Shown: positions 1 through 14,004 of the stretch, one piece after another
Layout of the letters: each line of letters opens with the position of its first letter
Position numbering within the stretch: position 1 is the first letter of the stretch
NCBI GenBank assembly: GCA_951406725.2
Contig: OX597820.1
Coordinates: 26,784,001 to 26,848,000 of the forward strand
Length of the DNA stretch: 64,000 nt
DNA from: Octopus vulgaris
Taxonomy: Eukaryota
Direction: 5' to 3'
Notes under the pieces: generated by a model
Told to the model about the DNA's origin: nothing
The model's input: the letters and a program-made list of their open reading frames with translations, nothing else
The model's database searches: none
Made by a program: the position numbers and the translations under genes

Positions 1-73
1 TTATTTATTTGATGCTCAGAGGAATGGCTAGAGTTTCTATGTATGTGTGCATGCATGTATGTATGCATTCAAC

Positions 74-118
<45 letters not shown>

Positions 119-502
119 AGTATTGAAAATGTATTATAAAAAACTGATCGTGATATTATATTATGATAATTTCGATGATGATAGTTAATGAAAATATTTC
201 AGAAGAAAAATATATGATAATGGAAGTAATAATGATGAAAAAGAGAGTGAAGAGAGAGAGAGAGAGAGACAGAGAAAGAAAGAGAAAAGAAATAGAGAGA
301 GAGAGATAGAGGGAGAGAGTAAATAAGGAGGGGAGTTTGCCAATGTAATCTGCCTGACACTAAAACATCACACTAACACTGAACCTCTACCTACATTTTA
401 GGCTACATCATAGTAGGATCATTGAGCCACCTAATCAAATTATATACAGGAACAAATATATATATATACGTATGTATGTATGTATGTATGTATGTATATA
501 TA

Positions 503-544
<42 letters not shown>

Positions 545-547
545 CAC

Positions 548-590
<43 letters not shown>

Positions 591-600
591 CACATACATA

Positions 601-625
601 CATACGTTCATACATACATACAAAC

Positions 626-656
<31 letters not shown>

Positions 657-682
657 CATACATACGTTCATACATACATACA

Positions 683-718
<36 letters not shown>
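601..718. repeat. Tandem duplication of a ~60-bp compound microsatellite unit
   Basis: catacgttcatacatacatacaaaca(ta)n starts at both 601 and 661. Confidence 0.85.
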
Positions 719-722
<4 letters not shown>

Positions 723-1039
723 GGTATGTATATATGTATGTATATATATACACATATATGTAATGTATAAGTGAACAGTATCTCATGGGTGTGGATGTAT
801 TTTATTGAAATAAAAATTACTTAGTTCATTGAAGTAAAATAAAATAATATTTATCAAAAAGCGACTGAGTAAATAAATTGAAGGTTTTAATGGTACACTT
901 TAATTGAGGTTAATTGAAAATGAGAAGATTGTATCATTGAACCAGAGGTAGTGTCTGGTTGATATCAAAAGAGATGAACTTTCACATGGACAAATCAATC
1001 ATTCAGTCAACCAAATTCAATTTCAGAGACACTGTTGGG

Positions 1040-1360
1040 TGTCTCTAGGATGAAAAATGCATGGGAAAAGAAATAGTGGAGAGAACCAATGCATACTCAG
1101 CTCACTGTTCAGTAAAAATGTATATTAGTTTGACCACAAACACATTTAAGGCTAGATATATAGCACATATCCGTTTAGTATGTTTCCGAAGTAATTATCT
1201 CGTAACATCACATTCAAAATACAATCTTTGTTTTTGAGTGATGGAAGAGAAAGCAATCTTACAGTATAATGAAATATTATTACAGAAAACAAAAGCATAC
1301 GATATTTATTGTTGCCGCTGTCATCAACTTTCAGTTAAAAAAGCTCAAGATTTTATTACA
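1040..1360 (+). pseudogene. Decayed GIY-YIG endonuclease of a Penelope-like retroelement
   Basis: Frame from 1040 reads CL*DEKCMGKEIVERTNAYSAHCSVKMYISLTTNTFKARYIAHIR...VTSHSKY...ILLQKTKAYDIYCCRC. This matches the recalled PLE pattern CPLxGxC..IVY..YIGxTxxxFKxRYxxH..TxLSKY..ILxKAxxY..RC, with stops. Confidence 0.7.
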
Positions 1361-2015
1361 CAATTGTATTGTGGACAAAGATGATGAAACATTGTCACAT
1401 AACCTCCTTGTAAAGAAATTTGAACTTCACCTCTTTAAGTGCATGTTCATATAACAATGGAGTTTGAATTGCAAACTGATGAAATCCACAATATACAGCA
1501 AAACTGAGACAATAACTTGTGATACGATGCATAAAATCAAATTGGAGCATTATTTCCTCATAACAAGTTAAATACTGTAGCTCCCCACCTCTATCAGGGT
1601 AAACATGATTTCTTTTGCATGTGGCACAGAAAGAGCCATGTCTCATACAAAGAATATCTTACCATTAAACTTGGCATATGTACTGTCAATTGTGAGAATC
1701 AAATGGATTATTTACCTTAATCGTTAATGCATTCCAACAGATTAAGCATTATGCAAATTATACATTAAGAATAAAAAATTTTAACCATTAACCATCAAAT
1801 CAAGCCATTTAGCCAAAATTCAGTTCTATCAACATGTCAAACAAACGCAATTATATCTTATAAAGTAAAAATGATTTACAACAATGTCTGTTTCAATGCA
1901 TGATTTCATGAGGAATCTTGTAAAATGAATTGATATATATATATATACATATATATATATGCATATATATATATATATACTTATGTATTATATATATAGA
2001 TACGTATACATACAT

Positions 2016-2057
<42 letters not shown>

Positions 2058-2367
2058 TTATGTATTATATATATATATACGTATACATATATATATATAT
2101 ATGTATCATATACACACGCACACATATATATATAGATATATATTATATATGTGTGACTGTGTGTTGATGGATAAAGAGATAGATTGCTAGACGGACACAT
2201 AGATAGAGAGAAGTGAGATAAAATATACAATAGTTGTGAATATATATATATATATGTGTGTGTGTGTATGCCTATGTATTTATATTTCTATGTATATTTG
2301 TGCATACATACATGGGCACATATAATTTTGAAGATTTGTTTTCCTTCTTAATTTTCATACTAAAGAA

Positions 2368-2459
2368 TATTGATTTGGTAGCATTTAACATAGGGGCCAT
2401 TGTGTTCTCCATACAATGGGGATCCCCATGTTAAAGGGCTACCAAAATTTCTATCAATA
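2368..2459 (+). ncRNA. Hairpin H1, candidate pre-miRNA-like RNA
   Basis: Pairings tattgat/atcaata, ttggtagc/gctaccaa, tttaacat/atgttaaa, gggg/cccc, ccattgt/acaatgg; loop gttctccat. Confidence 0.45.
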
Positions 2460-2989
2460 ATGTTTAATATAAAACCTTGGTCTTGTATATTGTATAAGCT
2501 ATGGTGTAATATATTATATATTATTATATGGTATATAAGTATGTAATATACATGTATGTATGTATGTATGTATATATATATATAAACTGCAATACTACAA
2601 TGTATTACACAATGCATTATCTAAGATATTTTATTATTTAAAATATTAAATGAGGTGTTTTATTAAATAATGCATTATAGAAAGCATTCTTATTAAATAA
2701 AATATTACAATTTTGTTTTTGTTTCACTTTTGTTCTACCATACCAATATTTTGTAGGATGAGCTTTTGTTAAAGTAATTGTTACTGATTCATATTTCCCT
2801 TCATAGCAGTGCTCCAGCATGGTCATAGAACATCAGCTGGAACCTATAATTGAATGGAAAAATTGCTAGATGCCCTACCGAATCACTGAACCATATAGCA
2901 GGTTCAACTCTATACCAATTATACCACTTGCTACTGATAATAATGATGATAATAACAATAATGAATAAAAAAACGTCAATGTGCATAAT

Positions 2990-3072
2990 AATTGCATTAG
3001 ATAACATATACTGAGAGATCTGTTGTGTTCTCCATACAACAGGATCTGCAACAGTATTATGCTTTCACAATT
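2990..3072 (+). ncRNA. Hairpin H2, candidate pre-miRNA-like RNA with the same loop as H1
   Basis: Pairings aattg/caatt, catatactg/cagtat(t)atg, gatctgttgt/acaacag(g)atc; loop gttctccat. Confidence 0.4.
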
Positions 3073-3296
3073 GCCTTATCTATATATGAATAGTATTAAC
3101 ATATTAAGAATAAAACTTATTCACATGTAATTAAAATGTTTATGCATGGCTGATGTTATATATATATGAATATGAATACATATGCATTTATATGTATGTG
3201 TCTTTCCATACACACATTTATATACATATATATCCCCATAAATATAAGTATATACTTACATATGCATATATGTTTCTGTGTGTGTGCATGTGTACA

Positions 3297-3383
<87 letters not shown>

Positions 3384-3743
3384 ATTTACATATATATATA
3401 CATATATGTATATATAGATAGATACATACATACATACTTACATACAGGCATACATACATACATACATACATACATACATACATACATACATACATACATA
3501 CATACATACATACCTAAATATACATACACACACATGTATATGTGTATGTACATATACAGATATGCACATATATGTATGTATATATATGTGTGTGTATATA
3601 CACATGTATATATATAGGTGTGTATGTGCGTATATGTATTATATATATATATCTTTCTACATTTAAACATTGAAGTAGCCTTAGCTGGAAATATCATACA
3701 ATACTGCAATAATGATACAAATAAAAATAAACACAATAAATAT

Positions 3744-3768
3744 AATAATGATAATAATAATAATAATG

Positions 3769-3815
<47 letters not shown>

Positions 3816-3822
3816 TTTAATA

Positions 3823-3863
<41 letters not shown>

Positions 3864-3870
3864 TTTAATA

Positions 3871-3920
<50 letters not shown>
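3744..3920. repeat. (AAT)n microsatellite with a duplicated interruption
   Basis: Long (aat)n; ttttaataatagt occurs twice. Confidence 0.95.
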
Positions 3921-3989
3921 TCAGTTAACTGTTGGAAAATTCTTAGTTTGCTTTTTTTTTATTGTTGTATGTTTTGTGTTTTGTTTAAG

Positions 3990-4095
3990 TTCCAATCTAG
4001 TTGACAATATATGTGATTCAGATTGCGGTTGTGTTCTCCGAAACAACAGGAGTACACCAAAGTTATTATATATTGTCAAACATAGATTTCAGGAA
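3990..4095 (+). ncRNA. Hairpin H3, candidate pre-miRNA-like RNA with a variant of the H1/H2 loop
   Basis: Pairings ttcc/ggaa, aatcta/tagatt, ttgacaatatat/atatattgtcaa, gtgatt/agttat (G.U pairs), gttgt/acaac; loop gttctccgaa. Confidence 0.4.
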
Positions 4096-4261
4096 TAATC
4101 AAATACACAGTATATTGCAGAACATGCAATATGGGAATAACGAAAATCTTAATATAGCGTGACATTGGTATTTTCAGAAATGACAAGCCGGCAGTGATAT
4201 TGAACATTTTATCACCAAGCGTTCTTCATGCTGGAATACCTGATATGAATTATATTATGTT

Positions 4262-5440
4262 AGAGAGAAGATGGTAAAAAGACAACAAAATGGAAGCAGA
4301 TAAAGGGGAAATAGAAGAAATGAAGGAAGGAAAATGCTAGAATTTTATAAAAGAGAAAATGCTGTATGAAAATGGTATATTTTGGAGTAGGTGCATGACT
4401 TGGTGATTAAAATGCTGAGGAAATCACTTTAAATTCATAGGTTTGGTTCCTGGACTGGTGCATTATGTCCTTGGGCAAGGTTTTTCATTTCACAAAGTTC
4501 CATTCCGAGTTGTTGGAATTAAGTATTGATGAAATGAATTATATTATATAAGAGAGCAGACAAAACAAGATGGAAGAAGTAAAAAGGAAAAAGGAAAAAG
4601 AAAGAAAAATGAAAGAGAGCAAAGAAATTGTTAGAATTTAATGAAAGCCAAGATATTTTATATATAATGTGGTAATTTTCAGGTATGGCCTTGTGGATAG
4701 GCTTTTGAGCAAAGCATGTAAACTGTAAGTTCATGGACTTGATTCTCGAACTGGGTGATGCATTATATCTTTGGGCAAGAATTTTTATTTCAAGAGGTTT
4801 TTGTCCAGGTAGACATGAATTAGCACTGATGGAATGACTAACTAACTACGCCCTTTTCAAGCCTAGCCAGGCTCATGGGCCCGGTTTCCCGGTTTCTGTG
4901 GCATATATATTCCCCCCAGCTGGACGGGATGTCAGTCCATCGCAGCATTACTCAAGAAAGAGGAAGAGAGAGTGAGAGAAAGTTGTGGCGAAAGAGTACA
5001 ACAGGGGTCGCCACCACACCCTGCCAGAGCCTCGTGGAGCTTTTTAGGTGTTTTCGCTCAATAAACACACACAACACCCAGTCTGGGAATCGAAACTGCG
5101 ATCCTCCAACCGCGAGTCTGCTGCCCTAACCACTGGGCCATTGCGCCTCCACTGGAGTGACATATTACAAGAAACGACATTCACAAGATGAAAGAAACTA
5201 AAACTAAAAAAAGCAAGAAAGATGAAATGAAAGAAAGGAAAGAAATTTCCAGAATTTAATAACAGAGAGAATATTGTATGAATAATATATGGTGACTTTG
5301 GGTGTAAATGTGTGGCTTAGTGGTTAGAATGTTCATAGGGTGGATTCTTTGACTGGGTAGTGCATTATGTCCTTGAGCAATATAATTTATTTCATGAAGT
5401 TCCAGATCCCACATCTGAAACTGAATACTACTGACAGCTG
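4262..5440 (+). repeat. Old tandem triplication of a ~280-bp unit (purine-rich spacer plus decayed CORE-type SINE)
   Basis: Three units (~4262, ~4550, ~5180) share ...agaattt(a/t)at...tgcattat(g/a)tc(c/t)ttg(g/a)gcaa...atttca. Confidence 0.7.
4839..5152 (-). mobile_element. Full-length tRNA-derived SINE with TSD
   Basis: Minus strand begins gtggaggcgcaatggcccagtggttaggg (A box), has gtttcgattcc (B box) and an (agtt)n tail; flanks tggaatgac/tggagtgac (9 bp, 1 mismatch). Related copy at ~59900-60153. Confidence 0.9.
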
Positions 5441-5450
5441 ATGGGGAAGA

Positions 5451-5680
5451 TTAACCCTTTCAATACTAACCCATCCAGGATTGACCTTGCTTCTATAATA
5501 CAAACTTCCTGCTTTAAAGTGCTCTAAATATGAATCTTCCATCAAAATTCTATATTAATTTATGTTCCAAACCCCAGCTTAATAATGACTAAGTTATTTT
5601 ACTAAATTCTTCATTATTTTCAAAATTAATTATAGCAAAGTCAGAACATTTCAACAGAAATATGGTAACAAAATGGTTAA
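5451..5680. mobile_element. TTAA-bounded MITE (piggyBac-like ends)
   Basis: ttaacccttt...aaaatggttaa; the internal aagttattttactaaatt recurs at ~42605 and, decayed, at ~35660. Confidence 0.7.
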
Positions 5681-6242
5681 CCTTGTGATGGACAAGTGGA
5701 GGAGAGGAATCTTGAAATGTCAGTTACTTAAACACAATTGAAACCAAAATAACCTATGACCTAACTAGGTTTTAATGCTAACTTTTCAGTACTCTTCATA
5801 TTTCCAAAAACTAGTTTTGGCCTCAAAATGTTAAATTTCTTCCTTCTTTTCTCCTCTTTATGTCAAACTAATTGGTCTCACAAATGGTCACAGCTATTAT
5901 AAGGAAGATAATCATTTCATCATATTACGAAGCAGGATTAGAAATTTGAAACTGGAATTAAGGAATTATAATAAAAAAAGATGCAAATTTAATTTTATTT
6001 TGTTTTATGAAATGTATATATTTTAAAAAAAAATTTGCTTGATGAGACACAAACGGTCATGTATATTGTATTGTTGATCTAGTTAGCCATAGTAAATAAT
6101 ACTAGAAGTTCTTTTCATAGATTCTTTTTGGAAGGTAAATGACTAAGTTAACACCAAGGGGAGATTGCAAACTGGATTTTGGAAAAGCAACCAGTATGAT
6201 GCTGAAATATTCCTTGGATATATTTGCAAAAAGATACAAACC

Positions 6243-6288
<46 letters not shown>

Positions 6289-7820
6289 AACACACACACA
6301 CACACACACACAACAAAACACAATGCATGCAATATTTACATATCATATCTACAGATACTTATATATGACTGTATAGTTTCTCTCTTCACTCCCACATATT
6401 CTTATATTTTGTACAGTTATACTTTACATACATCCCCAAATATTGTATTTCATACAGTAATACAAGGCCTTATTCATAGAAGAATATTCAAATTATTTAG
6501 TTATGAACTTGAGACAATTTAAAATGTTTTTTTTTTCAAAAAAGACTTCTGTTTGAATCTCCATTGTAACACACACATTCCTAACAAAGGTCAGAAATTT
6601 GGAGGAGGGAATTTGTTGATTGCATTGACCCAAGTATTCGACTGGTATCTTATTTAATCAACTCTGAAAGACTGAGAGCCAAAAATTAACCTTGGTGGCT
6701 TTTGTATTCCGATTGTAAAGAGCAAGAACATATAGTGTCAGACATTTTCTCTGAGGCTCTAAAAATTCTCTCAATCCATTTTCCAATTTTCTTCTAATAT
6801 TGAAAAAAGCTCCATAATAACTCCTTTAAATTAGCCCTTCCTTAGACCTCCTGGAATATATTTTGATACATTTTTAAGCTACATTTTCTATCCATCAATA
6901 AAAGATCTTTCTCTACAAGAAAAAATAAAATAATACATAGAAACATCATTATTTCTAAATCTCTCAACAAGAGACAAGGTTCTATTATTTTTCTAAATTG
7001 TTCCATTGCAAATTATTCATGGAATCATCACTTTGTCTCAGAAATTATGGAAGCTGATTCTTTGCTTCCGTTATAAATTAAAGAGGGAATGAATTTTGAA
7101 TGCTCTGATTTGAAATTCTAACCAAGTTTGGGAAATATTCCATTGTATACATAACTAAAGTTGTGTGGCATTCTTGATAATGATGATGATGATGATGGTA
7201 ATTATTCTGCATACATATATACCATTCAGACATACATACAAATACACACAAACACACACACAAACATGCATGCATGCACACACACACACACACACACACA
7301 CATGCACATGCACTCATATATATCCCTCGTGATTACATACAGAGATGATCATTCCTATATATATATGTATACTTATATACATATATATATATACATATAT
7401 ACATATGCATATATATGTGTGTGCATGTATATATATATATATATACACATACATACACACACACATATGTATGTCGTCACGTATATATATATATATATAT
7501 ATACATATATGTATATATATATACATACACTAAGAATAAAACACATACACACACACTCACACACACACCATGCATTGTTGCATCACATTTTCTATTAGAC
7601 ACAATCTGATATCTTCAAGAGCTTTTTTTTTTCCATTATCTTTTAGGTGAGAACAAAATTCTAAGCCCTAATTTGAATTCTACATAAACCAAACATAGAA
7701 CAAATCTCTTGATGCTCTATGAGATTATTTTTGCCAACTAACTTATTTGGCTTCGGTTTTGACAGAAAATTTGCATAAAACTACTACTACTACTACTACT
7801 TCCTCTTCTTGTTATAATTA

Positions 7821-7822
<2 letters not shown>

Positions 7823-7897
<75 letters not shown>
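7823..7897. repeat. (ATT)n microsatellite
   Basis: Seen directly. Confidence 0.95.
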
Positions 7898-8573
7898 TTT
7901 ATTTAAAAAATTTTTTATTATAGATCTGGTGCAAACATTTATGAGAAATCTTTAATTGATTTTGAAATATGAAAATGATATTTCACTGGTTTCTAAATAA
8001 AATGAAAAATAGCTATCCATTGAATTTTTGGTTGATAAAATGATATCATATAGATATGTATATATATATATATATATATAGATATTGTGATATTGTTAAA
8101 AAAAACCCACTGACAACGAAAATAAAACTACTGCTGAGAAAGGAATTCAAAAGCAGGGCTCTGATACTAATTCCTTTAGAAATTAATAACTACTTCACTG
8201 ACCTCACAACAAAAATTTACAGAACTCACAATGAAATCTGGTAAGAAATATACAGCTTAGCCAGAGTTGAGTAACGGGAACTTAATAATTGTATAATAGG
8301 ATTAGTGTATTGGCGTATATCATGACAAGAGTAGCTGAAAGCTCAATAATGCTTGCTACTTCATAAAAGCACATCTTATATAATGCACACATGTTCAGAC
8401 ATATGTATTTGATGGATAAATATAATATGTATATACAAAACAAATATATAAGTATGTATATATGCCTTCATTTATTCTTATATTCTTTTACTTGTTTATA
8501 TATATATATATATATGTATGTATGCATATACATACACACACTCATATATATATATATGCATATACATATTTGA

Positions 8574-8614
<41 letters not shown>

Positions 8615-9135
8615 TATATACAGATATTTTAGAATCTTATGAGAGAAGTTTGCTAGATGTTCAAAAATTTCCATATCAGAAACCGTTTTCTCCATGTGCT
8701 AAAGCTCTCTGCTCACAACAAGACTTACGAACAGAAGCATAATTGGTTGGAAGAAGGGGACAGCAAACCAGAGAACAAGATGACTTGTCCCACAGCTAAT
8801 TAATCAAAGACCTTGGAATGAGATCCCTGATTATTTGAAGGAGTTACTGAAGTTGCTTTGAGTGTTTCATGCATTGCATGGCAACAGGGGGAAAGAATTT
8901 CATCTTTATTTTTGCCAAATAACATAGTCTTGATTTGCAATGAAGGCTAAGGCTACTTGAAATTTTGAAATTGATGGCTAAAGCAATTTTTACATAGTAG
9001 CTATTCTTTTTAGAACATAATAGAAACAAAAATAATATACATACATATATGAATGTATATATATCTACATATATAGCTGTCCAAGTCAGGAAAAACAGGC
9101 ACTCATATATAAGGTAATAAAGTATATATATATAT

Positions 9136-9188
<53 letters not shown>

Positions 9189-10131
9189 ATCTATATGTAC
9201 ATACATGATCAAATAACAAGATATAAATAGAGGATTGAATTATTTGGGATTTAATTCTTAGGATCAATGGAGTTTAAAAATCGCTTTAGTTTTCTTTGTC
9301 TTATTATGAACAAACTCCCATACCAAGTTTAGCTTATGAGCCTTATGATTAAAAGAGCAACAACTGTGACATGATCATCATCATTATCATCATCATTATG
9401 ATTATCATGATGATGATCATCATCAGCAACAACAAGTTCATTTGCATTTAATTTCCAAGCAATAATTCTTTCCTGTCTGAAACCTTTTTGAGTGAGGGAT
9501 CATAGGATAGGAAAGAGTTGTAAAATTCTAAGCCTTTCATATACAATTTGGCATTATTTATTTATTTATTTATATATTTATTTATTTATTTATTTATTTA
9601 TTTATTAGTTTTACAAAGCAAACTATTTCTCCTTGAAGAGCATATTTATATGTGAACCCAATGTTTGGGGTTAGCAAGAGGAGGTTTATAAAGTTTATAT
9701 TATTTGCATAACAACAGCAATGCAAGCTTTTAAAAAAAAAGTCAAACATTTTTAAAAGACAAACAAGTTCTCCATAAAGAACGGTTTAGACTCCTAACCC
9801 TTTATTGTTAATATAAATTCATTTTTAAATCCATGTATATATATATTTTTTAAAACCACCAAAATATAAACAATAAATATCTTTGAATACATATATTTGT
9901 GCAATTACATTGTATTATTTATGTGATAAAGGAAAACAGTAAATTATTTACTATTCACCTGTAGTTGATATTATTTTGTGTGTTTTTTGTATTTATTTAC
10001 AATAAATTTTGCCAGCAACAAAACAGGCTTTACTTTCTTTCTTTTAAAAGTAATTTATACATTTGCATAATAGCCGTAAATATATCTTCAAATATATCTT
10101 TTATTAATATATACATACATGAATATATACA

Positions 10132-10171
<40 letters not shown>

Positions 10172-10316
10172 CATATATATCTATGTATGTTTATATATGT
10201 ACATACATACACATACATGTATATATATGTATAGTGGTAAAGTTTGTAACACAGGTAGGAAACCTTAGAAATTATATGTTAAAAAGGACAAAAATTGGGT
10301 GAGATTATTATTATTA

Positions 10317-10377
<61 letters not shown>

Positions 10378-10649
10378 CTGGAAAATTAGCAATTTCATTG
10401 AAACAATGCTGCAGCAAATGGGTTGCATAAAATAAATCTCTACATAAAAGAATTTTGTAATTTTGTACAGTAACACACACATACTCTCCCTAACAATTAT
10501 GGGTTGACGAACAATATATATATATGTATATATATACATATATACATACATTCATATATATATTATTCACATTGATACTTACACATACATATATATTGAA
10601 GTGTGATATGAAGGGCATTATTAATATCATCACCATCATTTTCATTGGC

Positions 10650-10850
10650 ATTGGTTTCAAATCTTAGCACAGGGCCAGTAATTTTAGGGGAAGGGTATGT
10701 CACTTACATCGATCGATCCAAATACATAACTGGTATTTATTTTATTGAAAGGATGGAAGGCAAAGTAGACATCATTTGAATGTAAGGATGGAGGAAATAC
10801 TGTTAAGTATTTTGTCCATTGTGGCAACAAATCTTCCAGTTCGCTGCCTT
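10650..10850 (-). mobile_element. Decayed tRNA-derived SINE (family A)
   Basis: ttggtttcaaat..gcacagggccag..actggtatttattttattg..aaggatggaaggcaaag matches the 21450 and 28965 copies. Confidence 0.7.
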
Positions 10851-11544
10851 ACTATTTTCATCAATGTCGATATTATTATTATGATCAGAAATAGTAGTAG
10901 TAGTAGCAGTAGTAGTAGTAGTAGTAGCAGTAGTATTAGTAATAGTAGTAGTAGTTGGCTCTTATTATTGCCATCTGCTTTCCAGCAAATGCAATGCACT
11001 ACACACACACATGTGTGCACGCACACACACACACACGCACACACACAAGCACATATATTTGCTATATATTTCTTTGTATGTTTCCTAAACATCTTTATAT
11101 CCGTAAAGAAGAGTCACAGTAACAGATATTCTTGGTATAAAGATCGCAAGTATAAGAATGCAAATGAGAAGCTAACACTCACACATGCATACAGGCACAC
11201 TAACACATATGTACATATATACACTAACACATATGTACATATATACACACACAAACAAAAAATATCAAGTTATGTATAACTTTTCAATCAATGATACTAA
11301 AAGTATTAGTTGTTTGTTTTTAAAATTTCATGACTATGTTGCCATAGTGATATGGAAGGCTTTTTTTCTGATATAGTCTTTTATTACAGTGAAGCAATAC
11401 CTACAAACATACATATATACATAATACATACGTACATATATATATGTATATGTATGTGTGTGTATGTATATATATATATATATATATATCTCTCTCTATA
11501 TATATATATATATATTATATATATTATATATATAAATATGTGAA

Positions 11545-11794
11545 GGTGTGTTGCGTAGTGGTTAGGCTGTTGCACTCAAGATTGTTAGATCATGGGTTCA
11601 GTTCTCTGACTGGGCAGCACATTGTGTTCTTGAGCAAAATCACTTCGTTTCATGTTGCTCCAGTGCTCCTTTTGATCAGTGGGAATTGTTGGCTTGGGGT
11701 GGTGGGGGTGGTGTCGTTTGAAGGCTAAAACAACACAAAAGTTCATTGCGACCAGCAATGTGTAACAATATCTGATACCCTGGTCAGTCACGTG

Positions 11795-11797
<3 letters not shown>
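11545..11797 (+). mobile_element. tRNA-derived CORE-type SINE
   Basis: gtagtggttagg (A box), gggttcagttc (B box), then tgtgttcttgagcaaaatcactt; a related tail lies on the minus strand at ~34760-34925. Confidence 0.7.
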
Positions 11798-11835
<38 letters not shown>

Positions 11836-11932
11836 TATATATATATGTATATGCATATGTATATGTATGTATATATATATATGTATACATATATATGTGT
11901 ATATATATATATTTTTTTTCCAAGTAAGCTTT

Positions 11933-11965
<33 letters not shown>

Positions 11966-12657
11966 TTAAAGCTGATTGCTGCTTTTTAAGGTAACCATAC
12001 AATGATGAAGTGAGAAGGCAGCATTGTTCTTGTTTTTTAACCCTAGGTCAGCTTTGACAGGAACAAATCTATGGAAGGAATTCCAACAGCTGTGACCATT
12101 GAATCATTTTTCATACATTTAGAATTTCCTTGTTTAAGGTGTCTTTATATTTTTAAGATGGTAGAATGCCATTTTTATTTCGATAGCTCAGAATCTATGT
12201 CCAGCAGCTGAACAACTGCCTTGTAGATACTTTCCACTTCAATGGTCCAGTCTGGCAAAAATGGTCAAATAGAATTATGATAGTAAGGCCTTTGAATTGG
12301 TCAAACCATGCTGGGAATAATTCAACACTTTAACATATAAGCCTTTGTGTTTCTATCAATGCAAAAACATTTATATATTTATTTATTTTTCTATTGGTTG
12401 GGTGTTATGGTGTATGTTTGAATGGGGAAAGACCAAGGTGTGATAAAATTAAAACCAAGAAAACAGTGCATCCCATGAGATCCTACCATAGCCTAACAAT
12501 GGTGGAGGGTTCCTTAGTTACTTGCAGATCGATGAAAATTGATCTGCATTCTATATAAAGATATCTATATTCTACATATGTAAATGTGTGTGTGTGTTTG
12601 TGTGTGTACATATATAAATACATAAATAAATATACACACAAATATATATATATGTAC

Positions 12658-12701
<44 letters not shown>

Positions 12702-13075
12702 ACACACTCATAAATATATACATACAAACATGTGCACAAATATGTACATGTGTTTGTGTATATATATTTTGTAAATGATGTGAGTTGTTTTTGTTAATGT
12801 AAATATATATATGAGTGTATGCATATGCCTATGTGTAATGTATCTGCATTTGTTATTGGGTTTCTGTAATATATATATATGTATGTATATATATTTTAGG
12901 TGTGTCTTTGTATGTATATATATTATATATTTATATATGATATATATGTGTATATATCTATATCCTACTCATAGCTGGATGCATCTGTAACTTGCAAGAG
13001 ATTCTGAATACTTTCCCCTGATATGTATACTAGATCTATATATAAAGTATGTATACATCTATATAAATATACACA

Positions 13076-13119
<44 letters not shown>

Positions 13120-13388
13120 TATGTATATATATATATATATATGTGTATATATGCATAATCTAACTAAAAATTATGAAGTGTGTGTTTTCTAGAAGCCAAA
13201 TAAGTTTTCTGATTCATTTCTGTCGAGATAGAAAGGTCTAATGGAAATTCATATCAAATGCATCACACATGCACAATGCATATAAATATTTGCCAGTTCG
13301 TGCTCACACAGACAAGCACATAGGTGCACACACCACCATACACATTTATGCATAAATATAAATTAAGGTAGCACCGAAATGATCATAA

Positions 13389-13434
13389 TTACCACCACCA
13401 TCATCATCATTATCATCACCATCACCATCATCAC

Positions 13435-13479
<45 letters not shown>

Positions 13480-13484
13480 TATCA
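13389..13484. repeat. (ACC/ATC)n microsatellite
   Basis: Seen directly. Confidence 0.9.
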
Positions 13485-13720
13485 AAGAGTCTCTGGTTAA
13501 TATTTAATTATTTTGTTGATTTGTAAATTTCTATTCTTAGAGGTGTTTATATTAGCTATTCATGTATATTACTCTTTTCTACAAACGTATTTTCACATGC
13601 AATTGGTTATATATGCATCTATATCTACATCTACATCTATATCTATATCTATATTTATATGTGCAAAATAATGAATTTAATAATAAATATTTCCCGTACT
13701 GAACACACACATATGCACAA

Positions 13721-13761
<41 letters not shown>

Positions 13762-13944
13762 TTTGAGAGTTAGAGAGAAAATACAACACTCAAAAATTAT
13801 GTAATGTGATATTCTGTACATACATATATAGATATTTATATATGCATGTATATGCATACATATATATTCATATATATATATGTATATATGTATTTTAATA
13901 TATATATATATATATATATAACAATCTCCCCCTCTCTCTTTCTG

Positions 13945-14004
<60 letters not shown>

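Noticed and set aside
1470-1520. CTGATGA just downstream of the GIY-YIG remnant as a possible hammerhead
   Set aside because: No GAAA and no convincing stems I-III.
2801-3007. Minus ORF SKWYNWYRVEPAIWFSDSVGHLAIFPF as a possible exon
   Set aside because: No recognisable domain; it ends in a common repeat fragment (ccatgctggagcac).
5075-5152. tRNA-like A and B boxes as a tRNA gene
   Set aside because: It is the head of a SINE with body, tail and TSD, and has no complete cloverleaf.
8630-8990. Unique-looking segment with a minus-strand gtaagt donor near 8728
   Set aside because: Open frames are short and unrecognisable; an exon cannot be supported without RNA data.
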